A DNA stretch of 64,000 nt, from the NCBI GenBank assembly GCA_964016885.1, contig OZ024745.1:92814001-92878000 (forward strand). Direction: 5' to 3'. Shown one piece after another: positions 42,609 to 60,381 of the stretch. Numbering within the stretch: the stretch's first letter is position 1; each line of letters opens with the position of its first letter. The notes under the pieces are model-generated. The model had not been told where the DNA came from and did no database searches. It was given only the letters and a program-made list of their open reading frames with translations. The position numbers and the translations under genes are program-made. This stretch comes from Eledone cirrhosa. Its lineage: Eukaryota.

Positions 42609-45519
42609 CTCAATAACAAATCCCAAAACATAATTTAAATGTCCCCATACCGGGCAAAATATTTTTTTTTTCTACAATAGAATGTTCACATATTAAGAGA
42701 ACCACAACACAATTGTAAAATAGACATCTTATAGATTTCTCCAAGAATGTAGTATCCTAAACATTGGTAGAAATTTTTCCAAAGTATTGCATAAATGATC
42801 TGTTTGATGAAAGACAACTTTCATAATTTCAAAAGCTTTCAGAATTACTATTTATACAGTTCTGAGATAATTAAAGCAATTAAAGCAGTTGTTATCAAAG
42901 GCAGGTAAAACAAAGAGGTTGTCAATAATAAGTGGATTGCCATCAACTAATGAGATTTACAATCCTGGCTTAATTTACAATCAGATTTGTTTTCCCCATA
43001 GATCTAAGTTTTGCTGCTGCTGGAAGAAAGCAAATTGTAAAGATTAGATAGATTTACTGAAAGAGAAATATTTAATTTTGTACTTAATTCCAGTAACATC
43101 TCAGTTGACCAGACTTTGGTCAAATCTTACAAAGTTGTTAGCTAAGCTATCGAACTGAGAAACATATCTCTAATAGCGATAGAAGGGCAATGAAATACTT
43201 CTTTTAAGCCCAAATAAACTGTCAAAAGGTTCCTACAAATCAAGAAGAAATTACTTTATTTATAAGAAACAGTTTAACACTTTAGCATTTAAACTGGCCA
43301 TATCCGGCCAGAATTCTCTCACCTCTTTCTGTCCAAACCGGCCGCTCATACCAACGTTAAGGCATTGTTCTCAAAATAAATGATATCAAAATCTCATAGA
43401 TTCGATACCATGAAAATACAATAGTATATATAGAGTAATGTAAATGCTAAAGGGTTAAATATAAAGAAAAAACTACTTTCTTTATAAGAAACAGTTTAAT
43501 AAAGCTCTAAATTTCTTTTTTTTTTTTTTTTCCATCTACAAGTATTGCCCACAAAGTTTTGAAGAAAAAAAAATCAGAGAATATATTATACAGCTTTTAC
43601 CCAAAATTAACATCTACGTTTCATCTAAACTATTGTGCCAAATAGTTTTACCCATTCTTAAATACTAATATTATCTTGTTCAGAAATTTGATGGGCCAAG
43701 GTCAACAACATTAAATGATTTTATTTTTACAGTTAGAAACCAGTGAATAAATATAAAATGTCACCTTTTCACATTTGTTCACAGGAGGTTTTGATTTTTT
43801 TTTTATTATTCAGAATTTTTCTTTTTTATCTTTTGTAGAAAAATGCCATTGTGAATGATATAATTTATAGGAGTGTTGATTGCAAAACATTCACTATACA
43901 CCTCACTTTGCCAAAATGATAACCTAGCATATACTGCTTGTTTACATTCCAGAATGACTCAAGATTGCTTTGTTGAGGTGTGTTCTTAACCTTGATGCTA
44001 CTACCGGCCAGGTTTTCAAACATTATTTATGGAATTTCAGAAAATTTACCATATATCAGCTCAACATTTGTGAATCTTTGAGAAATAAAAGTTTTACACT
44101 TATTGCTCATATCTTACTATCAAGTATGCCTAATTAGGATTTCCTTCTTGTACAGTACAGATAATCTACCAGTGGATTGGAAGTATCGGTAGAGGGTTGG
44201 ATACAATGCTTTGACACAGAGTTACGGCCCTTGCCATTCTGAGTTCAAATCCCGCTGAGGTTAACTTTGCCTTTCATCCTTACAGGGTCGATAAAATAAA
44301 GTACCAGTAATACACTGGGCAATTGCTGGCCTTGTGCCAAAAGTAGAAACAATTAAATCTTTGCTAGTCACTTTTAACTTCTTATTCTACTAAATGATAC
44401 TATTTAAATGTGGGGGGAGGGGTTCTGGAATAGAATCTTAATAATTCAGAAATGATTAATGTATTATTGTGGATATTTCATTTTATCTTTTCCAACTTTG
44501 TCACGTTTCATTGTCATTGAACAATAATTGCAGCAGGGTAAGAAATTCTGCATATTTTTCTTCTATTAAATAGTTTGGGGCTATGTTGTCATTGTCAATA
44601 GTTAAATTTTTTTTATTCTCTAAATTTTATTTACAAGCGTTCATTTGACAGATATGGAATGTTGTTCAATAAATTGTACAGAAAAAGAAAGCTGCACTGG
44701 AATGGACTATAAATGGCATAAATGAGAGGAAATGGAAGGAAAGAGCCAGGACTATTAGGCAACGGAAGAAAGAAAGGGTGAAGGAGGGAGGATGACAGAT
44801 TCTACACATAGGTCAGAGCAGTGTTTCGGCTGTGCCCTGCAGACAAAATGGTAAAAATCAATTTATTTATTGATTAAACCTTTTATTTCAAAAAGTCACT
44901 GACTATGATTTTCAAATAACTTTGGAAAAAATTATGGATTTGAGGGGATTTAATAAAATAAGATCTCCATTATTTATCTGGTGTTTAAAGACAGTGGATT
45001 GGCAGTATCAGTAGAGCATCTGACAACATGCTTTGCAGCATAGAGTTACTGCCGAGATTAACTTTACCTTTCATCCTTACATGGTTGATAAAATACAGTA
45101 CCAGTAATGCACCGGGCTAAATTTAATCCCCCCCCCCACCACCACCACCACAAAAAAAAAAAATAATAAATAAATAAAACAAATAATATTTTTTTAAATT
45201 GTTGCCCTTGTGCCCAAATCAGAAACCATCATTTATGTGGAGTTTGGAATATAACTCAACAAAGGTACTTACAAAGATAAATATAAACATTTTATAAGTT
45301 TTGTATTGTAGGGTCAGAAGTGCTTTCAGGCCTCAAAATAGTTAATGACGAATAATCAGCCACACAACACAACATGCCAATTTACACTTTTAATTTTAGT
45401 GGAATATAATTTTAAATTGTATATGCTTCTCATTGATCTGCTAGGTCCTAAATGCAACTAAATATTAACTTCTTAGGGTTTATAGAAAGACAGAACAATC
45501 ATATCCATGCAAATATGGA

Positions 45520-45872
45520 GCAATAGTGATGATGGTGGATGGGTGCTACATGAGAATGCTGAGGATGGCTCTGAACAGTAATCAGTATACACTGAGGATG
45601 AGGAACTCAGAGCCTCCCAAAAGTCAGCTCGAGAGTAGCACAGAGGAGACTAGGGTTAGCTGGACATGCTCACTGACATTCAGAGTTGACACTGCACTCA
45701 GTGGTCCTGTGGGAGCCCCTACATGGACACACTAGAAAAGGGAGACCGAAAATGCCATAAGGACAGACACAGGTCTCTTGGAGACGCAGGACATGGCGGC
45801 GATGATGAAGTTAAGAGACCACTGAAGAAAACTCGTCCATGGACCTCGAGAATTTTAGCCGCCCTAGACAGC
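45520..45872 (+). mobile_element. Degraded 3' region of a second RTE-like LINE
   Basis: DGCYMRMLRMALN...LAGH...WEP.HG remnants; 3' end homologous to 5103-5240. Confidence 0.65.
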
Positions 45873-46161
45873 GATGATAAAATTGCCGTAAAATCGCTCG
45901 ATATGCAAATGAAGTTAATCAGTCAATGTATACACTTGAGAATACTATGTATTCTCAGCATTTCAAGCGGGTAGCAGTAACGATCAGAATACACAATCTT
46001 GACAAGGAGCAAGACACTCCGAAACAATTGTCAATTGTTTTCTCTCAGCTACCACTGGAACGGATGACATCGTCATCTACCACGTGGTGTTTTATCAGGC
46101 TCTTTACTTGTAAACAAACCAAATATTAATAATGTTATGATATTATTATATCATTATTAAG

Positions 46162-46355
46162 AGGCGGTGGATTGGCAGTATCGATAGAGGGTCGGACGCC
46201 ATCCTTTGCAGCATAGAGTTACGGCCCTTTATGATCTAAGTTCAAATCCCGCCGAAGTTAACTTTGCTTTTCATCCTTACTAGGTCGATAAAATAAAGTA
46301 CCAGTAATGCACTGAGTAATTGCTGGCCTTGTGCCAAAAGTAGAAACAATTATTA
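46162..46355 (+). mobile_element. tRNA-derived SINE family 2, full length
   Basis: ggcggtggattggcagtatc...gttcaaatcccgcc...agtagaaacaattatt. Confidence 0.9.
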
Positions 46356-46798
46356 TTCACTTACGAATACAAGTGATAATCTATCTATATATTAATTTCA
46401 ACAATGTCAGTATTCCGTGTGTCATAATTCTCGATTATCATTGGTTCATAGGTTTCAAACGACGTGTTTGGATACACTATGTATATGTCAGTGTAGAGAC
46501 ATGTGTATGTGAGATGTGTGTGGAAATAAGAGGGGAAGGAAAACAATAGCTATTAACATGTGTGCGTGTGCGCAGCGTTACACAGAAAGTAAAAACTATC
46601 AACATGTGTGAGTGTGTGCGTAAGTTTGCATGCGTGTCCGCGTTTACATGCGTGTATGTGTGTGTACGTGCGGCATCCCACAATCGCCACGCAGTTTATC
46701 AGTCTGCGTGCCTGTCTGTCAGTCTAACATACACAGAGTTGTGAAGGGAGTAAATAGGGACCTTTTTTTACATTGACGGACATATTTTATATTTATTA

Positions 46799-47149
46799 TC
46801 TATATACATATAATATAAAAGATTGGAACTTCCATCATCCTTTTGAGAAACGTGGAACAACCCCGTCTATGCAATGATACACGTTTTACAGTCAGGCAGA
46901 AGATGAACCATCTCCTAGAGGTCACTATTCTAGGTAGGAGCACTTAGAAATGGTCATATACTATGCACAAACCGTACAACGAAGAATCTGGTATATCTGG
47001 AAGATTTTTTTAACTGTTTTTTGTATCACACAGACACCACGGACTCGCCTCATACTGTAACCAGACAAACATCCAATACAGTCATTTTCTCTTTTACCTG
47101 TCTTCTCTTATCATCTGTTTACCTGGGCGAAGCTGGGTACGTCAGCTAG
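46799..47149 (+). mobile_element. Non-autonomous Helitron
   Basis: 5' A|TCTATATA; 3' subterminal hairpin cctgggcgaagctgggt then CTAG|T. Confidence 0.7.
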
Positions 47150-48030
47150 TATATATAAAACTGAAGATGTCTGTCTGTGTGTGTGTGTGAGTTTGAATCC
47201 CTAAAACTAGAGAAGCACCCAGTTTCAGGGATTGTTCTGAGCAAAAAGAAATTTCAAATTTTCAATACCCTAGGGGTATTAGGCGATTTAGCGATCTCTC
47301 TCTATAATTCTTAGTCTTTCTCTTTAGATAGATACATACATATAACGTCGCGCCCTTATAATATCTGTCTGTATGTCTGGCTGTCTGCATTACATCACTT
47401 CCCTGAGGATGTCTGTCTGTGTGTGTGTGTGTGTCTGAGTTTGAATCCCTAAAACTCGAGAAGTACCTAACCGATGTTTTTCACACTTTACATGTGTATT
47501 ACTTATGTTTCAGGGAGTGTTATGCACATATTCAACTTTTTGATCTCCTAGGGCCCGCATTAGGTGAAAAAATGCGTTTTTTAAGCTTTTTAGGGGTTTT
47601 TTAAGGCGTTACGTCAGACCGATTTCCTTGAAATTGTAACTATGTATTAATCAGTTTCTTCTTCATGCCGCGAGCAAAGAAAATCCAACTTTTTTTTCGG
47701 CCTAGGGCCTGCATTAGGTGAAAAACTTCATTTTTTTCAGCTTCTGAGGGCTTTTTTGAGGCGTTACGCCTAGCCGATTTTCCCGAAATTTCAAGGCATA
47801 TTATGCACATAAAAAAAATTCATTTTCTTGATCCCCTAGGGCCTGCATTAGGTGAAAACTTGCATTTTTCCTGCTTCATCGAGGAAAATCTTAACGATTA
47901 TCTAGCCATCAGAGTATTCAGTTTATTTTCTTTACATATTGTCCAGGCATGCAGTTTTTCCATGATTAGGTCTGTTGGCGGCCCGCGATCAAAATACCTT
48001 ATCCCGTGCAACGCCGGGTACCACTGCTAG
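47150..48030 (+). mobile_element. Second non-autonomous Helitron with internal duplications
   Basis: 3' cccgtgcaacgccgggta..CTAG|T; repeated ctagggcctgcattaggtgaaaa blocks and duplicated gatgtctgtctgtg..gagtttgaatccctaaaact. Confidence 0.7.
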
Positions 48031-49029
48031 TTACCTATATAACAAGCAAAGATAAGGTATACATATTTATATAAACAAATAGAATACACAATTTAAAACT
48101 AAACAAAGAAATTTTAAACCAGAATCCCTATCAAATAAAGGAGATAACAATAATTGTTTCTACTTTTGGCACAAGGCCAGCAATTATCCCAGTACATTAC
48201 TGGTACTTTATTTTATCAACCCCGTAAGGGTGAAAGGCAAAGTTAACCTTGGCAGGATTTGAATTCAGACCGTAAAGCGACGTAATTCTATGCTGCAAAG
48301 CATAGCGTCCGACCCTCTACCAATACTGCCAATCCACTGCCCCTGGAGGTAACAATAATATTGTAATGATATATAAAGAGGTACCAATTCCAAAAGCTGA
48401 CACTAGACGTTCATCAGAAGATAGCGTTAGAAATAAAAGATGAAATAGAAAGAGTGAGAAGAGGAAGGAAGAGGAAAACATTTTTTTTTTAGAAAAAACA
48501 AGTGTATCAGCCATATTCGGTGTGTTGTATCAGTTCACTACATGCCTGTTCATACAAACAATATCTAAAGCAAGCAGTGTCATTTGTCTACATCCCAATT
48601 AACCCCTTTCTCTTCAAACCAGCTGCTCATACTTATGTTAAGGTATTGTCCTCAAAATAAATAATATCAAAATTTTGTAGATTCAGTATTATGTGTTTAC
48701 CGTAAAAATGAATAGTAAATGCTAAAGGGTTAAATGGTGGTGATGAAGATGAGCCATATATAAATATGGAATTGGAATAATGTCAAGAACTGCCTCAAAA
48801 AAGTCTAGTCCAACCCATGCCAACATAAAAAGGCGGATGCAGAAATGATGATATATAAGCAATTCACTGCATAAAACAAGAGATTCAAAGACTGTACTAC
48901 TTGGACATCTTGTTTGAAGCAAATGTCAACAAACTATCTTTGAAAATGTGACTAAATTAAACTAACTCTAGAAGTATTCTTACAGTTCCAACAATTATAA
49001 GAGCCAGCAGTTCACATATTCTTTGTAGA

Positions 49030-49315
49030 AGTCCTTATTGCTTCACATGTAGCTACTATACCCTATAACTTCACATGTAGCTACAACACCCAGATTCCTT
49101 CACATGTAGCTACTATACCCTATAACTTCACATAGCTGCTACACCCAAATTCCTTCACATGTAGCTACAACACCCAGATTCCTTCACATGTAGCCACTAC
49201 ACCCAAATTTCTTCATATGGAGCTACTACTCCCAAATTCCTTCACATGTAGCTACTATACCCAAGGTACTTCGCATGTAGCTACTATACCCAAATTACTT
49301 CACATGTATCTACTT
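49030..49315. repeat. ~28-bp minisatellite (~10 units)
   Basis: Unit ttcacatgtagctactatacccaaattcc; fully tandem with no unique spacers. Confidence 0.9.
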
Positions 49316-50819
49316 CAAACAAATTTTTAAAATAACGAGATAGCAAGGATATGTACGGGAATCGGATGATACATTGTTTTGTGAAAGAATACATTTTTCT
49401 GGAACATTTGATTATGCAATGTGTGTCTTGTTTTGAAGGCTATTTATCATGTATACAATGTGAGTTAGTTGTAAAGAGGAATCAAAAGCAGGTCACATAC
49501 TGAGCTAACTATAATTACACCTCAGCTCTACCACACATCACACTTTATTAATAGTATTATGATGTTAAAGAATTACAAAAGAATTCAGAAACTGTAATGG
49601 AAGAAAAAAATTATTGGTTTCTGAATTAGGCAGAAGGCCAACAATTTTTAGGAGAAGGGAAAGTCGATTAAATCAACCCCAGTGCATTACTGGTACTTTA
49701 ATTTATTGACCCCTGTAACGAGGAAAGACAAAGCTAACCTCGACAGGATTTGAACTCGGATCGTAAAGAGGCGTAACTCTATGCCATACAGCAAGCTGCC
49801 CGACATTCTAATGATACTGCCAATCCACCATCCTCATTATAGAAAATAAATCATTAAAAAAAATAATTCATTGATTAAATAAGGTGAGTGGTACAAATTA
49901 TATCATTCAAATGTTACTTTTTTTAATAAATTTTATATTAAATATAAAAAATTTTTTAAAGCTAATTTATTTTTGGACAAGTAACTGGTAATACTAAAAC
50001 TACTGTAGTATATATCATCACCATTTAACGTTCATTTTCCATGCTTGCATGGGTCAGACAGGTCAACATCAGACAGGCCACATCATACCTTGCTCAGACG
50101 GAACTGTAAATTTGGCTGCGATTTTTAAAGCTGGATGCCCTATATATATATATACATATGGAGGCACATGGCTTAGTGGTTAGAGCATTGGCCTTGCAAT
50201 CGAAAGGTTGGGAGTTCAATTCTCAGACCGGGTGATGTGTTGTTTCCTTGAGCAAGAGACTTTATTTCACATTGCTCCAGTTTACTCAGCTGTAGAAATG
50301 AGATGATAGGGAATGGGGTCTCTATCATTCCACTGCAAAGTGGTCGTGGAGGTGCCACAAAAAAAAGCACCCAGCACTCACTGTAAATGAGGTTGGTGTT
50401 AGGAAGGGCATCCAGGTGTAGAAATCAAGCCAGAATCAGTTCCCGTCCCACCCTTGCAAGCAGGGAAAAGCGGACGTAAAATGAAATAATGATGATGATG
50501 ATATATATACCATCATCGATTAATGTCTATCTTCCACGCTAGCATGGGTTAGACGTATCCCATTTAGAGGCAAGTTGGATCGGGTGACCATGTTTCACTC
50601 ATATAGAAGTGTTTCTGGCCGGTTTTCTATGACTAGATGCCCTTCCTAATGCCAACCAGATTGTCAGTGTGGGCTGGATGTAATATACATATATACACAC
50701 ATGGTGTATATATACATGTATGTGTATATACGCACATATCATATATATATATATACACACATATATATATACGCACATATCATATATATATATATACACA
50801 CATATACATATACGCACAT

Positions 50820-50859
<40 letters not shown>

Positions 50860-51238
50860 TATATATAAATGCACATATCATATATATATACATATATACA
50901 CGCACATATCATCATACATATATATATATACATCTGATTCTGGCTTGATTTCTACAGCTGGGTGTTAGGAAGGGCATCCAGCTGTAGAAATCAAGCCAGA
51001 ATCAGTTCCTGTACGAGCAAGACAAGGTCAGCCGACCGTACACTGCCCACAACAGGACAACCCGTCTAAGCCATGCTAGCGTGGAAGAACGGACATAAAA
51101 CGGTGATGATGATGATGATATATATATACATGCACATATCATCATATATATTCATATATACGCACATATATATATATGCACATACATATATACGCACATA
51201 TCATCATATAGATATATATATACGCACATATCACATAT

Positions 51239-54200
51239 ATCATCATCATCATCGTTTCACGTCCATATTCCACGCTCGCATGGGTTTGGACGGGAGTTTT
51301 CCCACTTGAGGCAAGAGTGGTTGTCATTGCTCGCATAGGACTGTCTGGCGGGTTTTCTATGGCTGGATGCTCTTCCTAACACCAACCACATTTACAGTGT
51401 GGACCTGGGAGGTTTTTACCGTGTTACCTACATGGCCACATTACAGCGTGGACTGTGTGTTTTTTTGTCGTGACACCTACACGACCTCGTTTGTTTCGGG
51501 CTGGATGTTGTGGTACCAACATAACTTTACATTGAAAGGGGTGGTGTGGATGGGGTGGGGGTAATGGGACGGGAGTGTATTTTGTTAGAGGTGCCTACTG
51601 ACTGTAGTAGGTTTCACTTTGCACTTAGGTAAGGCGGGTCTTCTCTATTACTGTGTAGCGCCAAAGATCTTGGTCCAGTGACATTGTCTTGGAGAAGTGT
51701 AAGTGTGTGATGTCGGAATTTAGCAAGTCGTCCCAGGTTTTTCTGGGTCTGCCTACTCCGTGGCTACCGTCTATTTTTATTGCACTGCACTTTTTTATAC
51801 AGCTGTCGTCTTTCATGCGCATCACGTGACCATACCAACGTAGTCTTCTCTCAAGTAAACAACATCTGATCCCTCTTATTTCTAATTTCTCCCTTAGTTT
51901 GTTTATGCTTTGCCGTTCACGTATATTACTATTACACATCCAGCGGAGCATGCAAGCTTCGTTTTTCTCCAGTCTGCGTATATCCTCTGCACACAATGCC
52001 CAGGTCTCACTGCCATGTAACATTGCTGTTCGTATGCAGGCATCATACAGCCTGCCTTTCATTTTTAGAGAGAACCCTTTAACGGCCAATAGTGGTATAA
52101 GCTCTCTGAACTTTTTCCATCCCGTTCTGACTCTAGCTACTGTGCTTTCAGAGCACCCTCCACCACTGCTGATTTTGTCACCCAGGTAACGGAAGCTGTC
52201 CACTATTTCTATAGAACCATCTGTGCAATGGAATGAGTTAGTATTCCCTGGGCACTTGCTGCTACTTATTGCACCAGAGCACCAGCCACATATAAAATCT
52301 ATATTCTTAGTTAGCTTACCTGTGATCCCACTACATCTTTTATGTACCCATACTTTGCATTTGGGACATAAAATGGCGTTTCTACCTACTCCTTTCCTAC
52401 ACACTGAGCATGGCCATTTCCCAGATGGGACCGGTGCCCTATTTTCCTTCCTACAAACTAGAACTTTAGTCTTAGACAAGTTAACTTTAAGGCCTTTTGA
52501 TTCTAGGCCATGCTTCCATGTTTGGAATTTCTTCTCTAGTTCAGCCATTGATTCAGCTATGAGCGTTAGATCATCTTCTTATAGGAGTTCCCATGGGCAG
52601 CCGGTCTTGAACTCCTCTGTTATAGCCTGAAGAGCAATAATAAATAGTAAGGGGGCTAAGGACGGAGCCCTGATGAACACCAACTTTTACGGTAAACTCT
52701 TCACTATATTATTCGTTGTTAATTCTAACCTTGCTGACTTTCTTTATACATGGCTTGTATAGCTCTCACAAGCCATTTATCAACACCTAGTTTTCTAAGG
52801 GCCCACCAGATAATCAAGCGGGGTACTCTGTCAAAGGCTTTCTCCAAGTCAACAAAAGCCAAGTATAGGGGTTTACTTTTAGCTAGGTACTTCTCCTGTA
52901 GTTGTCGTACAATGAAAAGAGCGTCTGTTGTACTTTTACCTGACACAAACCCGAACTGCATTTCGTCTAGATCAATTCGCTCTCTGATTAGTTGCGCTAT
53001 TACTTTTTCTGTGACCTTCATGACCTGGTCAATTAATTTAATGCCTCTATAGTTTCCCCTATCTAGGGCATCACCTTTACCCTTGTAGCAGTTAATGATG
53101 ATGCTGCTGTGCCAGTCCTTCGGAACGACCCCATTCTGTATGACTTGGTTTACTATCCGGGTGACCATAGTGCGTCCCACCGTTCCAGATGCTTTCAGCA
53201 TTTCGGCAACTATTTCCGAAGGCCCGGCCGCCTTACCCGTCTTCAATCGCCTTACTTATTATACTACCTTCAACTTTCACTGCTGGTCCCTCTATTGGGT
53301 CGATGTGGGGGAGACTGTCTTCTTCCCAATTATTCTCCTCATTTAGTAGCCTTTCGTAGTGACACTTCCAAGCTACCTTCTTATCAGCGTCAGTGATGGC
53401 AAGTACACCATCATCATTTAGGACACACTTCTCCCCAACAATATCACTGTTTTCCTTGACACATTGCCAAGCAATCCTGAACACCTCACGTTTTTGGTCC
53501 TCGCGTTGTAGAACATGCTTGAACTTTCTTTCCTCTGCTTCCCTTCTTGCGAAGTACACTTGTCTCCTAGCTTCCCTCCTGGCCACTTGATAGTCTTCTC
53601 TACTTCCCCCATCCCGCCATGCTTTCCAAGCCTGCTTTTTGGCCTTGATTGACCTCTCCACCTTACTGTTCCACCACCAAGTTACTCTCCTCCTGCTGCT
53701 CCAGACACAGGTTTCATCTGTCGCCTTCAGCAGGTTAGCTTTCAGGAATTCCCACTGTTCCTCTATATTCTACGACTCTAATTGCTCTTCCTTACTATCA
53801 AAAGCATCAAGTAATATGCTTTTAAATTTATGACTGGCTGTGGGGTCCTTTAATTTCCATATTTTTCTCCTGAGGATAATCCTCTTCTGTTGTCGAATAT
53901 GTCTCTTCCTGACTATGAGGTCGCTAATTATGAGTATGTTGAGACGTGCATTCTTCATGGGGGAGGGATTTAGTGTTTACAACAGACACTCTGTCACGTC
54001 TCCTGGTAAGGATATAATCTACCTGGCTTGTGTGTTCCCCCGATCTATAGGTGATCAAGTGATTGTCTCGTTTTTTGAAGTTAGTGTTACAGACAGACAG
54101 GTTATTTGCGTCACAGAATTCCAGGATTCTGGAGCCTTCCTCATTTCTAGTACCAAACCCATAGCCTCCATGGATTCCTTCATAGCCGTCACAATGTTGT

Positions 54201-55350
54201 CCAACGTGACCATTTAAGTCGCCAGCAATAATTATATAGTCACTGTCGGTTATTTGGGAGGTAGTGAGCATCAGTGTCTCATAGATTCTGTCTTTTATAG
54301 TGCTGGGCAGTCCGGATTGGGGTGCGTATGCAGTTATTACTGTAGTTCTATTGAGGACAAGTCTTAGTTTTATTCTGTCATTCACTCTATTTACGTCTAT
54401 TATCTTATCTGCCCACTTTTCTGCTACCATGATTCCTACTCCACCCAGCCCATTGTCATTTCCCACCCAGAAAAGCTTATAGCATCGTTCTTTACCCACG
54501 ATGAATCTAGCAGACCCACCCCTCCACCTGGTCTCTTGAATACAACAAACATCGACCTCCTTACGTTCAAGCATTTCTACAACCTCGTTAGAGCGACCCT
54601 TTAAGGTGCCTACATTCATGGTACCAACTCTGAAGTTTTGGATTGCGTTTGGAGGGTGGGAGCGGTGGGGCACAGGGGGGGATGGGGGAGACGGGGTTAT
54701 GTTAGCCATCCGCGGCCGAAACAAAGAGGAGGAGTCCTTGCATTCTCGTCCATGAGGTGAATTTGTCTTTATCTTTGGCATTGTCACTGAGCGTCCAGAT
54801 TTTTTCTTTCTTTTCAACACTCCAGAATTCCGTAGTCCATCCATCATATCGAAAGGCAACCAGGTAAGCGATAGCATAGGCCGCTGACTTATGATTGGCC
54901 CACGTAATAATGGTGGTGCGTGGGGGCGGGTGGCAGGGATATTGGGTAGTTAGCGAGAAGGTTAAGGTTTAAATAAGATCCCCGTATTTTTGGCATAATT
55001 TAACAAGCATAAAACAATAATACAAGATTTGTTTTGAAAAATACGCTAGAATTATCGAATAGAAAAGCAAAGATTGGATTCTGGGAGAAATGATACAGAT
55101 TGATGAATGGACTAAGGAATTAAAATGGTGAGAAGAGTGAAGAAATATTTGAACGTTACATTACACCATGATAGCAGCCTAGCCTGTCTAGGGTTGGCGA
55201 TTTTTGAGGTTTCGTACTTGCAGGATTTATTTTATATTTGGAGAGAGGGGAAGGGATTGGCGGCGAACCAGCATGATATAGAGGGGGGGGTGAAGATAGG
55301 AGAGAGCAGAGGTTAAGAGTTTAAATAAAGTCCTCGAATTTGGAGCATAA
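51239..55350 (-). mobile_element. Near full-length RTE-clade LINE (subfamily A): AP endonuclease, RT, PHD-like finger; disrupted
   Basis: APE GTMNVGTL, CIQETRW, YAPQ, GDLNGHVG, QVDYIL; RT KGDALDRGNYRGIKL, QFGF, FVDLEKAFDRVP; YADD mutated to stop-EDD at ~52570-52582; several frameshifts; (GAT)n tail; 5' boundary approximate. Confidence 0.95.
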
Positions 55351-55351
55351 T

Positions 55352-58876
<3,525 letters not shown>

Positions 58877-58893
58877 CCCAGATATTGATACCC

Positions 58894-58944
58894 AGATTCC
58901 TGATGATTTCTAATGAATGAAACAGCTCTAGTCCTGTAGAATCT
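58894..58944 (+). ncRNA. Type I hammerhead ribozyme with full hairpin stem III, in a ~160-bp island (58873-59030) within (TA)n
   Basis: agattc-CTGATGA-tttc taat gaat-GAAACAG ctctagtc CTGTA-gaatct: 6-bp stem I, 4-bp stem III, GUA site. Confidence 0.9.
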
Positions 58945-59070
58945 CTTCTATATTAAAACTATTATACTCTGCTATGTATTGAGTACCTTACTTACTGTGG
59001 TTACCTCCGATTCAACCCGGAATAACGTACATATATATATATATATACACATATATATATATATATACAC

Positions 59071-59123
<53 letters not shown>

Positions 59124-59126
59124 CAC

Positions 59127-59241
<115 letters not shown>

Positions 59242-59260
59242 CATATATATATACATATAC

Positions 59261-59323
<63 letters not shown>

Positions 59324-59324
59324 C

Positions 59325-59717
<393 letters not shown>

Positions 59718-59733
59718 AATTAAATATAACCTC

Positions 59734-59798
<65 letters not shown>

Positions 59799-59959
59799 TT
59801 CGTATTTCTAAAGAAATATGGTTTTAGGAAGCCATAGCTATGCAAACACGGGGGTGGGTCGGGGGTGGGGGGCTAACGGCCTCTGGTGGTGTCCAGCAGA
59901 AGCAAGGGGGACAACCGTCTATGCATTTCAGGCTTGACTGGCCTTCATCACGATGGTCC

Positions 59960-60381
59960 CTCCCACCGCTTGTTATATATAAAAACAATGAGTTAGAGAC
60001 TTTGTTGGTATGTAATTAACAGAGTTATGTTCATAACAGATATGAAGCACTCGACAGCTAAATTTATCTGGAGTATTATAATAATAATAATAATAATAAT
60101 AGTAATAAATGGAGTATATATCACTATAGCATCATAATTTATTTCGTTATATATATTTCAGGGATACTAAGTTATAGAATGCCTTCTTCAGACAAAATAC
60201 AATATTAGATGTATAAAATGTGACATACTCATAAGAGAGATCACATGTCACATTTTATACATCTAATATTGTATTTTGTCTGAAGGCATTCTATAACTTA
60301 GTATCCCTGAAATATATATAACGAAATAAATTATGATGCTATAGTGATATATACTCCATTTATTACTATTATTATTATTAT
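59960..60381. mobile_element. Fold-back hammerhead element; arms ~60085-60226 / 60245-60381
   Basis: Inverted arms read directly; - strand tail tactcc...gtcgagtgcttcatatctgttat resembles tails at 42485-42520 and 59650-59690. Confidence 0.85.
60140..60199 (-). ncRNA. Type I hammerhead ribozyme (CUGAAGA core); + strand mirror copy 60272-60328 has a 3-nt core deletion
   Basis: - strand: tattttgt-CTGAAGA-aggcattcta taact tagtatccct-GAAATATATATA-acgaaata. Confidence 0.88.

Noticed and set aside
48375-48422. CTGATGA on minus strand
   Set aside because: No GAAA at the proper position; at most a truncated remnant
49030-49315. CRISPR-like 28-bp repeat
   Set aside because: Units are contiguous with no unique spacers; eukaryotic context, no cas genes
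52665-52685. CTGATGA on plus strand
   Set aside because: Antisense of the RTE RT motif GVHQGS; no hammerhead stems
54690-54900. HDV-like ribozyme at the RTE 5' end (GGCTAA motif)
   Set aside because: Could not build P1/P1.1/P3; ATGGCTAAC is better explained as the ORF start
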